Below, piece after piece: positions 1 through 7,319 of a stretch of DNA of 37,856 nucleotides. Source of the DNA: an uncultured Alphaproteobacteria bacterium (GTDB lineage Bacteria; Pseudomonadota; Alphaproteobacteria; Rickettsiales; UBA1997); contig CAINKA010000167.1 in assembly GCA_903849835.1 (NCBI GenBank), forward strand, positions 1 to 37,856. Reading direction: 5' to 3'. Numbering within the stretch: the first letter of the stretch is position 1; each line of letters begins with the position of its first letter. Under the pieces are notes generated by a model. The model was not told the origin of the DNA and searched no databases. It saw only the letters and a list, made by a program, of their open reading frames with translations. Made by a program: the position numbers and the translations under genes.

Positions 1-35
1 GAATCATGCTTCGACAAGCTCAGCATGACATCGAG
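1..35. repeat. Family-A palindromic element, right arm only (window begins inside the element)
   Basis: gaatcaTGCTTCGACAAGCTCAGCATGACat is the same arm as 4498..4520 and 20518..20541. nt 1..31 are the exact reverse complement of 37818..37848. Confidence 0.85.
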
Positions 36-83
36 TTTTTTTATTTTTCACGGGAAAAATTCTTAATTTTGATAAAATTTTTT

Positions 84-2114
84 ATGCCCACCCTCTCAAT
101 CAACGGCAAATCCGTCCAAGTTCCAGATGGAATCACCATCATCCAAGCCTGCGAAATTGCTGATGTCGAGATCCCCCGCTTCTGTTACCACGAGCGTTTG
201 GCCATCGCCGGAAATTGTCGCATGTGCTTGGTTGAAGTTGCCGGCGGCCCACCAAAGCCAGTGGCTTCTTGCGCCATGCCTGTTGTTGAAGGAATGCAAG
301 TTTTTACCGACACGCCGATGGTTAAAAAAGCGCGCGAAGGGGTGATGGAATTTTTACTCGCCAACCATCCGCTCGATTGCCCAATTTGCGATCAAGGAGG
401 AGAATGCGATTTGCAAGATCAGGCCTACCAATACGGAGCCGGCAAAAGCGAATATCACGAACATAAGCGCGCCGTAAAAGACAAAAACATGGGGCCGTTA
501 ATTAAGACCCAAATGACGCGTTGCATCCACTGCACACGCTGCGTGCGCTTCATCGAAGATGTTGCGGGAACGGTAGAAATCGGCGCAATCGGCCGTGGCG
601 AAACCATGGAAATCGCCACTTATCTCGAGCAAAATTTAAAATCAGAATTGTCGGGAAATATCATCGACCTCTGCCCAGTCGGCGCCCTCACCTCTAAGCC
701 TTACGCCTTCAAAGCCAGAAGTTGGGAATTGCGAAAAACTGAAAGCATCGACGTGATGGATGCGGTCGGAAGCAACATCCGCATTGATTCACGCGGCGTT
801 GAAGTGATGCGAATTTTGCCGCGCTTGAATGAAGAAATTAACGAAGAATGGATCTCGGACAAAACACGTTTTTGCTGCGACGGCTTGAAATACCAACGTC
901 TCGACAAGGCTTACATCAATCAAAGTGGCAAATTAAAAGCGGCAAGTTTTAACGATGCCTACGCCGAAATTGTTAAAAAAATAAAATCAGTCAAAGCCAA
1001 TGAAATCGCGGCTTTGACTGGGCAGCTCTCCGCCGTCGAAGAAATTTTCGCACTCAAAAAATTGCTCGAAAAACTTGGCGTCGAAAATTTTGACTGTCGT
1101 CTGGGCGGCGAAAAATTAAGCGCCGATGACCGCGCTTCTTACCTCTTCAACACAGCAATCGCCGGCATTGATTCAGCTGATGCTTGTTTGCTAATCGGCG
1201 TAAATCCGCGCAAAGACGCACCAATTTTGAACGCCAGAATCAGAAAAAGATTTTTGAGCAAAAAATTAAAAGTGGCGGCGATTGGCGGAAGTGCTGACCT
1301 CACCTACGCTTACAAAAATTTGGGCGACGATGTTTCAGCTCTCAAAGAAATTCTGGATGGCCGCGGAGATTTCGCTGAAATTCTAAAAAATTCTAAAAAT
1401 CCGATGATCATCTTGGGCCACGACATGCTTGCCCGCATCGATGGTGATTTAATTTTAACTTACGCCAAAAAAATCGCCGAAAAATTCAACATGATTCGCG
1501 AAGACTGGAATGGCTTCAACTTTTTATCGAAATCAACCGGCCTGCTAAATGGCTTAGAAACTGGCTTCGTCGGCTCTTCCAATGTTCCAGAAATTTTAAA
1601 CAAAGTTGAAAATGGCGAAATTAAAATCGTAATTCTGCACGGAGTTGACGACGAAATCGATTTCGAAAAATTAAAAAATGCTTTCGTGATTTACATCGGA
1701 AGTCACGGCGATCGCGGTGCGCATGTTGCTGATATAATTTTGCCAGCAGCGGCTTACAGCGAAAAAGATGCAATTTACGTCAATCTCGAAGGACGTCCGC
1801 AAAGCACTGTTTGCGCCTCTTCAACGCTTGGAGAAGCAAAAGAAGACGCTGAAATTATTTTGGAACTCGCAGAAAAATTTCACATCGATCTTGGATTTAA
1901 AAGTCTTGTCAGCCTCAGAAAAGTGTTGCTCAACGAACATCCAATTTTCAAAAATTTAGAAAAAGTTTCTCCGGCGATTTGGAAAAAATCCGACGAGTTA
2001 AAAGGTGATTTTACCGACCAAAAAATCGCGATTAAAGATTTCGATTTTTACCTCACTAACCCAATCGCTCGAGCTTCTCGCACGTTGAACAAATGCAGTG
2101 TCGAACTTTTGTAA
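84..2114 (+). CDS. nuoG: NADH-quinone oxidoreductase subunit G (75-kDa Fe-S subunit)
   Basis: The N-terminus MPTLSINGKSVQVPDGITIIQACE...IPRFCYHERLAIAGNCRMCLVEV carries the 2Fe-2S motif. HPLDCPICDQGGECDLQD and CIHCTRCVRF are the cluster motifs. I chose the ATG at 84 as the start because the 26 codons upstream in the track ORF (MLRQAQHDIE...) are read out of the Family-A repeat. Confidence 0.95.
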   Translation: MPTLSINGKSVQVPDGITIIQACEIADVEIPRFCYHERLAIAGNCRMCLVEVAGGPPKPVASCAMPVVEGMQVFTDTPMVKKAREGVMEFLLANHPLDCPICDQGGECDLQDQAYQYGAGKSEYHEHKRAVKDKNMGPLIKTQMTRCIHCTRCVRFIEDVAGTVEIGAIGRGETMEIATYLEQNLKSELSGNIIDLCPVGALTSKPYAFKARSWELRKTESIDVMDAVGSNIRIDSRGVEVMRILPRLNEEINEEWISDKTRFCCDGLKYQRLDKAYINQSGKLKAASFNDAYAEIVKKIKSVKANEIAALTGQLSAVEEIFALKKLLEKLGVENFDCRLGGEKLSADDRASYLFNTAIAGIDSADACLLIGVNPRKDAPILNARIRKRFLSKKLKVAAIGGSADLTYAYKNLGDDVSALKEILDGRGDFAEILKNSKNPMIILGHDMLARIDGDLILTYAKKIAEKFNMIREDWNGFNFLSKSTGLLNGLETGFVGSSNVPEILNKVENGEIKIVILHGVDDEIDFEKLKNAFVIYIGSHGDRGAHVADIILPAAAYSEKDAIYVNLEGRPQSTVCASSTLGEAKEDAEIILELAEKFHIDLGFKSLVSLRKVLLNEHPIFKNLEKVSPAIWKKSDELKGDFTDQKIAIKDFDFYLTNPIARASRTLNKCSVELL

Positions 2115-2120
2115 AAGCAC

Positions 2121-2155
2121 TTGCAAAAAAACTTTCGCTTCATAGTTTGCCGCGC
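2121..2155 (+). promoter_or_regulatory. Putative sigma70-type promoter for rpsP: TTGCAA-N16-TAGTTT followed by GCCGCGC
   Basis: -35 TTGCAA at 2121..2126, a 16-nt spacer, -10 TAGTTT at 2143..2148, and the GC-only block GCCGCGC at 2149..2155. It lies about 40 nt upstream of the rpsP ATG. The same architecture recurs at four other unit starts. Confidence 0.45.
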
Positions 2156-2192
2156 TCCTCACCGTCAGTCACTTTCAAAATAATTAAAACAA

Positions 2193-2555
2193 ATGTTAAA
2201 AATTCGTCTTTCCAGAGGCGGCAGAAAAAATTTGCCCTTCTATCGCATCTTAATCACTAACCACACTTCTCCACGAGATTCTAAATTTCTTGAAAAGGTT
2301 GGCACTTACAACCCATTGCTTGCTGACGATAAAGAAAATCGCGTCACCATCAATAAAGAACGCATCGAACATTGGCTTTCAGTTGGTGCAAAACCAACAG
2401 AAAAAGTTGCAAAATTTTTGATCTCTCTCGGCGTTAAAGGCGCTGAAAAATACAAACCTGATTTCAAACCAAAGGCAAAAGGCACTCGTTTGAAGAAAAA
2501 AGCTTTGGAAAAATTAGCGAAAGAAAAAGAAGTAGTTGCGGAAGCTGCTGCGTAA
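2193..2555 (+). CDS. rpsP: 30S ribosomal protein S16
   Basis: [43 protein letters not shown] is the canonical S16 N-terminus. The C-terminal tail is lysine/alanine-rich. Confidence 0.95.
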   Translation: MLKIRLSRGGRKNLPFYRILITNHTSPRDSKFLEKVGTYNPLLADDKENRVTINKERIEHWLSVGAKPTEKVAKFLISLGVKGAEKYKPDFKPKAKGTRLKKKALEKLAKEKEVVAEAAA

Positions 2556-2557
2556 TT

Positions 2558-2612
2558 TGTGTGGCCGACCCAAGTGTCGGCACACGGGCGGACGCATGGG
2601 TCCGCCCCTACA
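2558..2612. repeat. Family-B GC-rich hairpin element (left end degenerate)
   Basis: tgtgtggccgacccaagtgtcggcacacgggcggacgcatgggtccgcccctaca. One hairpin is gccgac/gtcggc and the other is gggcggac(2586..2593)/gtccgccc(2600..2607). The right terminus is CCCCTACA. It is strongly GC-rich against an AT-rich background. Confidence 0.7.
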
Positions 2613-2621
2613 CCAAGCCTC

Positions 2622-3239
2622 ATGAAATTCTCCCTCCCAAAAAAATTTCTCATCGCCACCAACAATAAAGGTAAATTCTTCGAGATCGAATCTCTCCTCA
2701 AAAGCATCAGCATCGAATCAGTTCCAACATTCCAATTTAACCTCGAAGAGCCGGAAGAAACTGGAAAAACTTTCGCCGAAAATTCTCTCCTCAAAGCAAA
2801 ATTTTACGCTGAAAAAACAGAATTAGTTTCTCTCGCTGACGATTCCGGATTATGCATCGAAGCCATGAATGGCGCACCAGGAATTCATTCGGCACGTTTT
2901 GCGATTGATGAGAAGGGTGAAAAAAATTTCCCCGCAGCTTTTAAAAAAATCTCCGAAAAAATTTCGGAAAATCCTCGCGCTCACTTCATTTGCAATCTCT
3001 CAATTTTTGATCCGAAAACAAATTTTCAAATTTCTTTTGAAGGAAGAGTTGACGGAACGCTAACCTTCCCAGCTCGCGGGAATCAAGGCTTCGGCTATGA
3101 TCCGATCTTCATCAAAAACGGAATGAAAAAAACTTTTGGCGAACTTTTTGCAGAGGAAAAAGATAAAATTTCCCACCGCGCCGAAGCGTTTAGAAAATTA
3201 AAAAACTGGCTTGTAAACCAGTCCCGGATTCTTATCTAG
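2622..3239 (+). CDS. rdgB: dITP/XTP pyrophosphatase (RdgB/HAM1 family)
   Basis: Family motifs present: [43 protein letters not shown] and [12 protein letters not shown] chose the ATG at 2622 because the track ORF starts at a GTG inside the Family-B repeat. Confidence 0.9.
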   Translation: MKFSLPKKFLIATNNKGKFFEIESLLKSISIESVPTFQFNLEEPEETGKTFAENSLLKAKFYAEKTELVSLADDSGLCIEAMNGAPGIHSARFAIDEKGEKNFPAAFKKISEKISENPRAHFICNLSIFDPKTNFQISFEGRVDGTLTFPARGNQGFGYDPIFIKNGMKKTFGELFAEEKDKISHRAEAFRKLKNWLVNQSRILI

Positions 3240-3241
3240 AC

Positions 3242-3274
3242 CGCCTTACGACTAATGATTTACGCCTTACAACT
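3242..3274 (+). repeat. Direct 12-mer repeat CGCCTTACGACT / CGCCTTACAACT (21-nt period) ending at the dnaJ start codon
   Basis: Copies at 3242..3253 and 3263..3274 match at 11 of 12 positions. The second copy abuts the ATG at 3275. The core CTTACGACT is the reverse complement of AGTCGTAAG in the heptamer array at 26257..26284. Confidence 0.5.
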
Positions 3275-4414
3275 ATGAGCAAACGCGATTACTACGAAAT
3301 TCTCGGCGTCACAAAAAATGCCTCAGCTGACGAAATAAAAAAAGCCTATCGCAAATTGGCGATGCAATATCACCCCGATCGCAATCCGGGAAATAAAGAA
3401 GCCGAAGCGAAATTCAAAGAAGCGACTGAAGCCTACGAAGTTCTAAAAGATGATCAGAAAAAAGGCGCTTACGACCAATATGGCCATCAAGCTTTTGCTC
3501 AAGGCGGAGGGCATGGAGGTCAACAAGGACACGGCTTTGACGGCTTTGACTTCAACGACATCTTCAGCAATTTTTCCGATATTTTCGGCGATTTTGGTGG
3601 CAATCGACAAGCTAAAAAAAGAAGTGCGGCACAACGCGGATCCGACATTCGCTACAATTTAGAAATTTCTCTCGAAGAAGCTTTTCGCGGCACAGTAGAA
3701 AAAATTACATTCACAATTCCAAGTTCTTGCGAGATTTGCAAAGGCAGCGGATCTCAAGGCGGAGAAGGCTCCAGCGATTGTGGCACCTGCAAAGGCCACG
3801 GAAAAGTTCGCGCGCAGCAAGGATTTTTTATTGTTGAACGAACTTGCACAACCTGCGCCGGCACTGGTCAAATCATAAAAAATCCATGCAAAACTTGTCG
3901 TGGTGAAGGTCGAGTTAAAAAAGAAAAAACTTTATCGGTAAAAATTCCTGCCGGAGTCGAAGAGGGAAATCGAATTCGTTTGGCTGGAGAAGGCGAAGCC
4001 GGCTCGCGCGGCGGTCAGGCCGGAGATTTGTACGTTTACATTTCAATCCGCAAACACCAATTTTTTACACGCAAAGGTGATGATATTCATTTTGAAATGC
4101 CGATCAGATTCACGACAGCAGCGCTTGGAGGCGCGATCGAAATTCCAACAATCGATGGCACGAAAGCAAAATTACAAATTCCGGAAGGTGCACAAAGTGG
4201 CGATCAAATGCGCTTAAAATCAAAAGGCATGAGCGTCATCAACTCAGGCGGCAGAAGGGGCGACATGTATATCAAAATCAACATTGAAACACCGGTGAAG
4301 CTTTCTGGAGAAGAGCGAGAATTGTTGATGAAGCTGGATAAGCTGATGGTGGATAAGGCGAGCAATCCGAAGTCGGAGAATTTTTTCAAAAAAGTTGGCG
4401 ATTTTTTTTCTTAA
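3275..4414 (+). CDS. dnaJ: Molecular chaperone DnaJ
   Basis: J-domain with HPD ([11 protein letters not shown]), a G/F-rich linker, and four CxxCxGxG zinc-finger repeats ([32 protein letters not shown]). Confidence 0.96.
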   Translation: MSKRDYYEILGVTKNASADEIKKAYRKLAMQYHPDRNPGNKEAEAKFKEATEAYEVLKDDQKKGAYDQYGHQAFAQGGGHGGQQGHGFDGFDFNDIFSNFSDIFGDFGGNRQAKKRSAAQRGSDIRYNLEISLEEAFRGTVEKITFTIPSSCEICKGSGSQGGEGSSDCGTCKGHGKVRAQQGFFIVERTCTTCAGTGQIIKNPCKTCRGEGRVKKEKTLSVKIPAGVEEGNRIRLAGEGEAGSRGGQAGDLYVYISIRKHQFFTRKGDDIHFEMPIRFTTAALGGAIEIPTIDGTKAKLQIPEGAQSGDQMRLKSKGMSVINSGGRRGDMYIKINIETPVKLSGEERELLMKLDKLMVDKASNPKSENFFKKVGDFFS

Positions 4415-4431
4415 AAAATCCCGGCGCCATG

Positions 4432-4547
4432 TTGAGTTAACCTCAATGTCATGCTGAGCCTGTCGAAGCATGATTCTAGGCCCCGAAACTCGAATCCTGC
4501 TTCGACAGGCTCAGCATGACCTGGTTGGCATCAGCATGACATTGAGT
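4432..4547. repeat. Family-A palindromic element, complete copy with duplicated right end
   Basis: Left arm gtcatgctgagcctgtcgaagca (4448..4470) and right arm tgcttcgacaggctcagcatgac (4498..4520) are perfect 23-bp complements. The outer ctcaatgtcatgctga (4442..4457) is complementary to tcagcatgacattgag (4531..4546). The element fills the whole convergent dnaJ/rlmN spacer. Confidence 0.9.
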
Positions 4548-5627
4548 TTAGTTTGGCTTTGTTTTTTTCTCCCTCTCCGAATCCGATTTCAACTGCCCAC
4601 AAGCTGCCAAAACATCATCCCCTCGCGTCTTCCTAATCGGCGAAATTAAGTCAGCATCTTTCAAAATTTTTTGGAATTTTTGGATTTGCAAAAGCGCTGT
4701 GCGATCATATTCACAGCCATTCCACGGGTTGAATGGAATTAGGTTTATTTTTACATTCAGGTTAAATTTTTTGATGAGCTTGATCAATTCCTCCGCATGA
4801 ATTTCTTGGTCATTTTTGCCGGCAAGCATCACATATTCGAAAGTGATTTTCTGCTGCGGATTTTCGCGATTGTAAATTTTGCAAGCGGCCAAAAGTTCAG
4901 CGAGCGGATATTTTTTATTGATGGCCATGATGTCAGTTCGAAGCGCGTCATTCGTGGCGTGAAGCGAAATTGCCAAATTTGTTTTTAGCTCTTTTGAACA
5001 GCGTAAAATTTCTGGAACAAGCCCCGAAGTTGAGATCGTAATTTTTCGCGCCGACAAATCCAAGCCATCAGCATCATTCAAAATTTTCACCGCTTTAGCG
5101 ACATTCTCGTAATTGAAAAAAGGCTCGCCCATGCCCATGAACACTATGTTGGTCAGCTTCCGAGTTTTTTTATCCCAGTCAGAAATTAAATCTTTGGCGA
5201 GTAAAATCTGCGCGATGATTTCGTGAAATTCCAAATTGCGCACCCAAGTTTGCGTGCCCGTGTGGCAGAATTTGCAAGCCAATGTGCAACCGACTTGCGA
5301 CGAGATGCAGAGCGTGCCGCGAGTTTCTTCTGGAATGTAAACCACCTCAACTTCTCGACCATCCAAAAACTTCACCAACCATTTTCGCGTGCCGTCAAAC
5401 GAGGTTAAATCTTTGGAAATTTCGGGACGAGAAAGTGAAAAATTTTCCGATAATTTTTGCCGCATTTCCTGCGAAATATTCGTCATCTCTTCGAAGGATT
5501 TTACGCCGCGAGCGTAAATCCAATTCCAAATCTGCTTAGCGCGGAATGGCTTTTCGCCTAGGTTGGCGAGACCCGCCTCGAGTTCTTGTTTGGTGAAGTG
5601 GGTGAGGTTTTTTTTTGCTTCGGTCAC
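4548..5627 (-). CDS. rlmN: Radical-SAM 23S rRNA/tRNA adenine-C2 methyltransferase RlmN
   Basis: FRAKQIWNWIY N-terminal motif, the CxxxCxxC radical-SAM cluster (CTLACKFCHTG), GMGEPF, and a C-terminal AACGQL. Confidence 0.92.
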   Translation of the reverse strand: MTEAKKNLTHFTKQELEAGLANLGEKPFRAKQIWNWIYARGVKSFEEMTNISQEMRQKLSENFSLSRPEISKDLTSFDGTRKWLVKFLDGREVEVVYIPEETRGTLCISSQVGCTLACKFCHTGTQTWVRNLEFHEIIAQILLAKDLISDWDKKTRKLTNIVFMGMGEPFFNYENVAKAVKILNDADGLDLSARKITISTSGLVPEILRCSKELKTNLAISLHATNDALRTDIMAINKKYPLAELLAACKIYNRENPQQKITFEYVMLAGKNDQEIHAEELIKLIKKFNLNVKINLIPFNPWNGCEYDRTALLQIQKFQKILKDADLISPIRKTRGDDVLAACGQLKSDSEREKKTKPN

Positions 5628-5633
5628 AAAATT

Positions 5634-6485
5634 TTATTTTTTACTTAAATTCTTTCTCTTTTCTTTTTCCAAAAAATTATTTTTAGAAACCACGCTCCTT
5701 CCTAATTCCTTCTCCGTCGCTTTGCGCGCACTACCCGCAACTTTACCACCACGCTTAGCAACTTGACGATTTTTATTGAAGGTTTCTGGCTTTTCCGTCG
5801 CTGAAATTTCAGTGGTAACTTTTTCGCCAAGCATCGTGAAAATTAATTCAAAATCCGTCATGTGGTCGCGCAGATTTTGACTTTTCTTCTGCAGACCTTT
5901 AAATTTTTTATACTCGGACGGAGCCATGCCGAACGTGGCTTGAGAGATGTCAGCTGTTAAAATTGCAAAATCATTTTCGCTGTGAATTCCGCGCTCTTTC
6001 CATTCGTCAGTCAAATTTTGTCTGATGGCGATTCCGCGCAATCTTTTGTCGATCCAATCTTTGGGGTAACCTTTTTGTTCATAAAGCCACTTCATGCGAT
6101 CTTGCGCTAATTCCGGATTTTCGATTTCTTGAATTCGTTCGTAACCAACTTTTGCTAACCAACGTTTGAATGGCTCGGCTCTTGGGGAGGGGATTGATTG
6201 GATGATGCGAAAAATTCCTTCGGTGTTGGCACAATCTGTAGCATAATTTTTACCATCAACAGCTTCTAATTTCAGGTCGTGACAATTTGTCACGACCTGA
6301 CTTCCCTCCTCTTTAAGACGCTGTTTGAGCTTACGCCAATAAGCTCCCGCATCCAAACTTTCGGTTAATACCGCACAAACATCGATCACCGAAAACCACC
6401 ACGCATCATTGTGCCAAGCGCTGCGGATTTTACTATTTTCAAAAAGAACAATTTTATTTTTGGGAGGGGAAATTTCTTGTGACAT
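5634..6485 (-). CDS. Bro-N domain / DinD-like (DNA-damage-inducible protein D family) protein
   Basis: The N-terminal half is Bro-N-like (IRSAWHNDAWWFSVIDVCAVLTES...YWRKLKQRL). The C-terminal half (DFAILTADISQATFGMAPSEYKKFKGLQKKSQNLRDHMTDFELIFTML) aligns, from memory, with E. coli DinD (DFAIFQNHGYQGLYGG...KGLKKNQKILDHMGSTELAANLF). I chose the ATG at 6485; the track start at 6524 is a TTG. Confidence 0.7.
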   Translation of the reverse strand: MSQEISPPKNKIVLFENSKIRSAWHNDAWWFSVIDVCAVLTESLDAGAYWRKLKQRLKEEGSQVVTNCHDLKLEAVDGKNYATDCANTEGIFRIIQSIPSPRAEPFKRWLAKVGYERIQEIENPELAQDRMKWLYEQKGYPKDWIDKRLRGIAIRQNLTDEWKERGIHSENDFAILTADISQATFGMAPSEYKKFKGLQKKSQNLRDHMTDFELIFTMLGEKVTTEISATEKPETFNKNRQVAKRGGKVAGSARKATEKELGRSVVSKNNFLEKEKRKNLSKK

Positions 6486-6589
6486 GGTGTTGTTTTTTTG
6501 GGCTAAAAAATGATCGAAACTCAATTTGTGTCTTGGGTTTCGACAAGAACTTAAGGGAGATGTGCTTCAGAAAAATATCATCAATTTTT

Positions 6590-7300
6590 TTACCCCTCAA
6601 TCGCCTTCCGCTGAATCTCAAAAATTTCCGCCGCCGCCTTCTTCGCCAATTCGTACATTTGCGAAACTTGTGCGAAGCTCATCGCGCCCTGCTCTGCGGT
6701 GCCTTGGATTTCGATTAGGTCGAAATTTTTATTGATGACGAAATTGCAATCGGTTTCGCATTTGCTGTCTTCGACGTAATCCAAATCTGTGATTACTTCG
6801 CCGTTAAAAATTCCGCAGGAAACTGCACAGACGGCGCCGGTCAAGATGTCAGACTTCACCAAATTTTTTCCGAGGATTTTTTTTACGGCGATTGCGAGTG
6901 CAACGTAACCGCCGGTGATTGAAGCGCAGCGCGTGCCGCCGTCAGCTTGGAGAACATCGCAATCGATGGTAATTTGGCGTTCGCCTAATTTTCTGGTGTC
7001 GATTACAGAACGAAGTGAGCGGCCGATGAGGCGCTGAATTTCGATGTTACGGCCATTTGGTTTTGACGGATCGCGAGAATTTCGAGTGTGAGTTGAGCGT
7101 GCTAGCATGTTGTATTCAGCGCTGATCCAACCGGTGCCTTTATTGCGTAAAAATGGCGGAACTTTTTCTTCGACTGATGCGGTGCAGAGAACATGAGTGT
7201 TGCCGAATTTTACGAGGCATGAACCTTCGGCATAGGCATTGACGTTGGTTTCGATGGTGACTTGGCGGAGCTGGGATGGGGATCGGTTTGAGGGGCGCAT
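6590..7300 (-). CDS. rph: Ribonuclease PH
   Basis: MRPSNRSPSQLRQVTIETNVNAYAEGSCLVKFGNTHVLCTASV, DCDVLQADGGTRCASITG, and a full length of about 236 aa. Confidence 0.95.
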   Translation of the reverse strand: MRPSNRSPSQLRQVTIETNVNAYAEGSCLVKFGNTHVLCTASVEEKVPPFLRNKGTGWISAEYNMLARSTHTRNSRDPSKPNGRNIEIQRLIGRSLRSVIDTRKLGERQITIDCDVLQADGGTRCASITGGYVALAIAVKKILGKNLVKSDILTGAVCAVSCGIFNGEVITDLDYVEDSKCETDCNFVINKNFDLIEIQGTAEQGAMSFAQVSQMYELAKKAAAEIFEIQRKAIEG

Positions 7301-7319
7301 GAGGAAATTATGAATAATT

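Noticed and set aside
6-83. The N-terminal 26 codons of track ORF 6..2114 (MLRQAQHDIEFFYFSREKFLILIKFF) as part of NuoG.
   Set aside because: The first codons are a translation of the Family-A repeat arm. NuoG homology begins at the ATG at 84 (MPTLSINGK...).
2559-2621. A GTG-initiated extension of the rdgB ORF (MWPTQVSAHGRTHGSAPTPSL).
   Set aside because: It lies entirely within the GC-rich Family-B element, and RdgB homology starts at the ATG at 2622. The same logic applies to the rpoC extension at 33544..33597 ([18 protein letters not shown]), which starts inside the Family-B copy.
2306-2794. A 162-aa minus-strand ORF spanning rpsP, the Family-B repeat and the rdgB start.
   Set aside because: It is antisense to two well-supported genes and partly repeat-derived. 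It has no recognisable motifs and is a typical shadow ORF.
4244-4471. A 75-aa minus-strand ORF starting MLRQAQHDIEVN.
   Set aside because: It starts inside the Family-A element and runs antisense into the dnaJ 3' end. It is a repeat-translation artefact.
6535-6575. A possible decayed half-copy of Family A (gggtttcgacaagaacttaagggagatgtg versus ccttcgacaagctcagggtgacaatg).
   Set aside because: Only the 9-mer ttcgacaag is identical, the rest is weak, and no complementary arm is present. It cannot be distinguished from chance by eye.
6486-6589. A LexA/SOS box upstream of the DinD-like gene.
   Set aside because: I found neither a CTGT-N8-ACAG-type palindrome nor a GTTC-N7-GTTC / GAAC-N7-GAAC direct repeat in the spacer.
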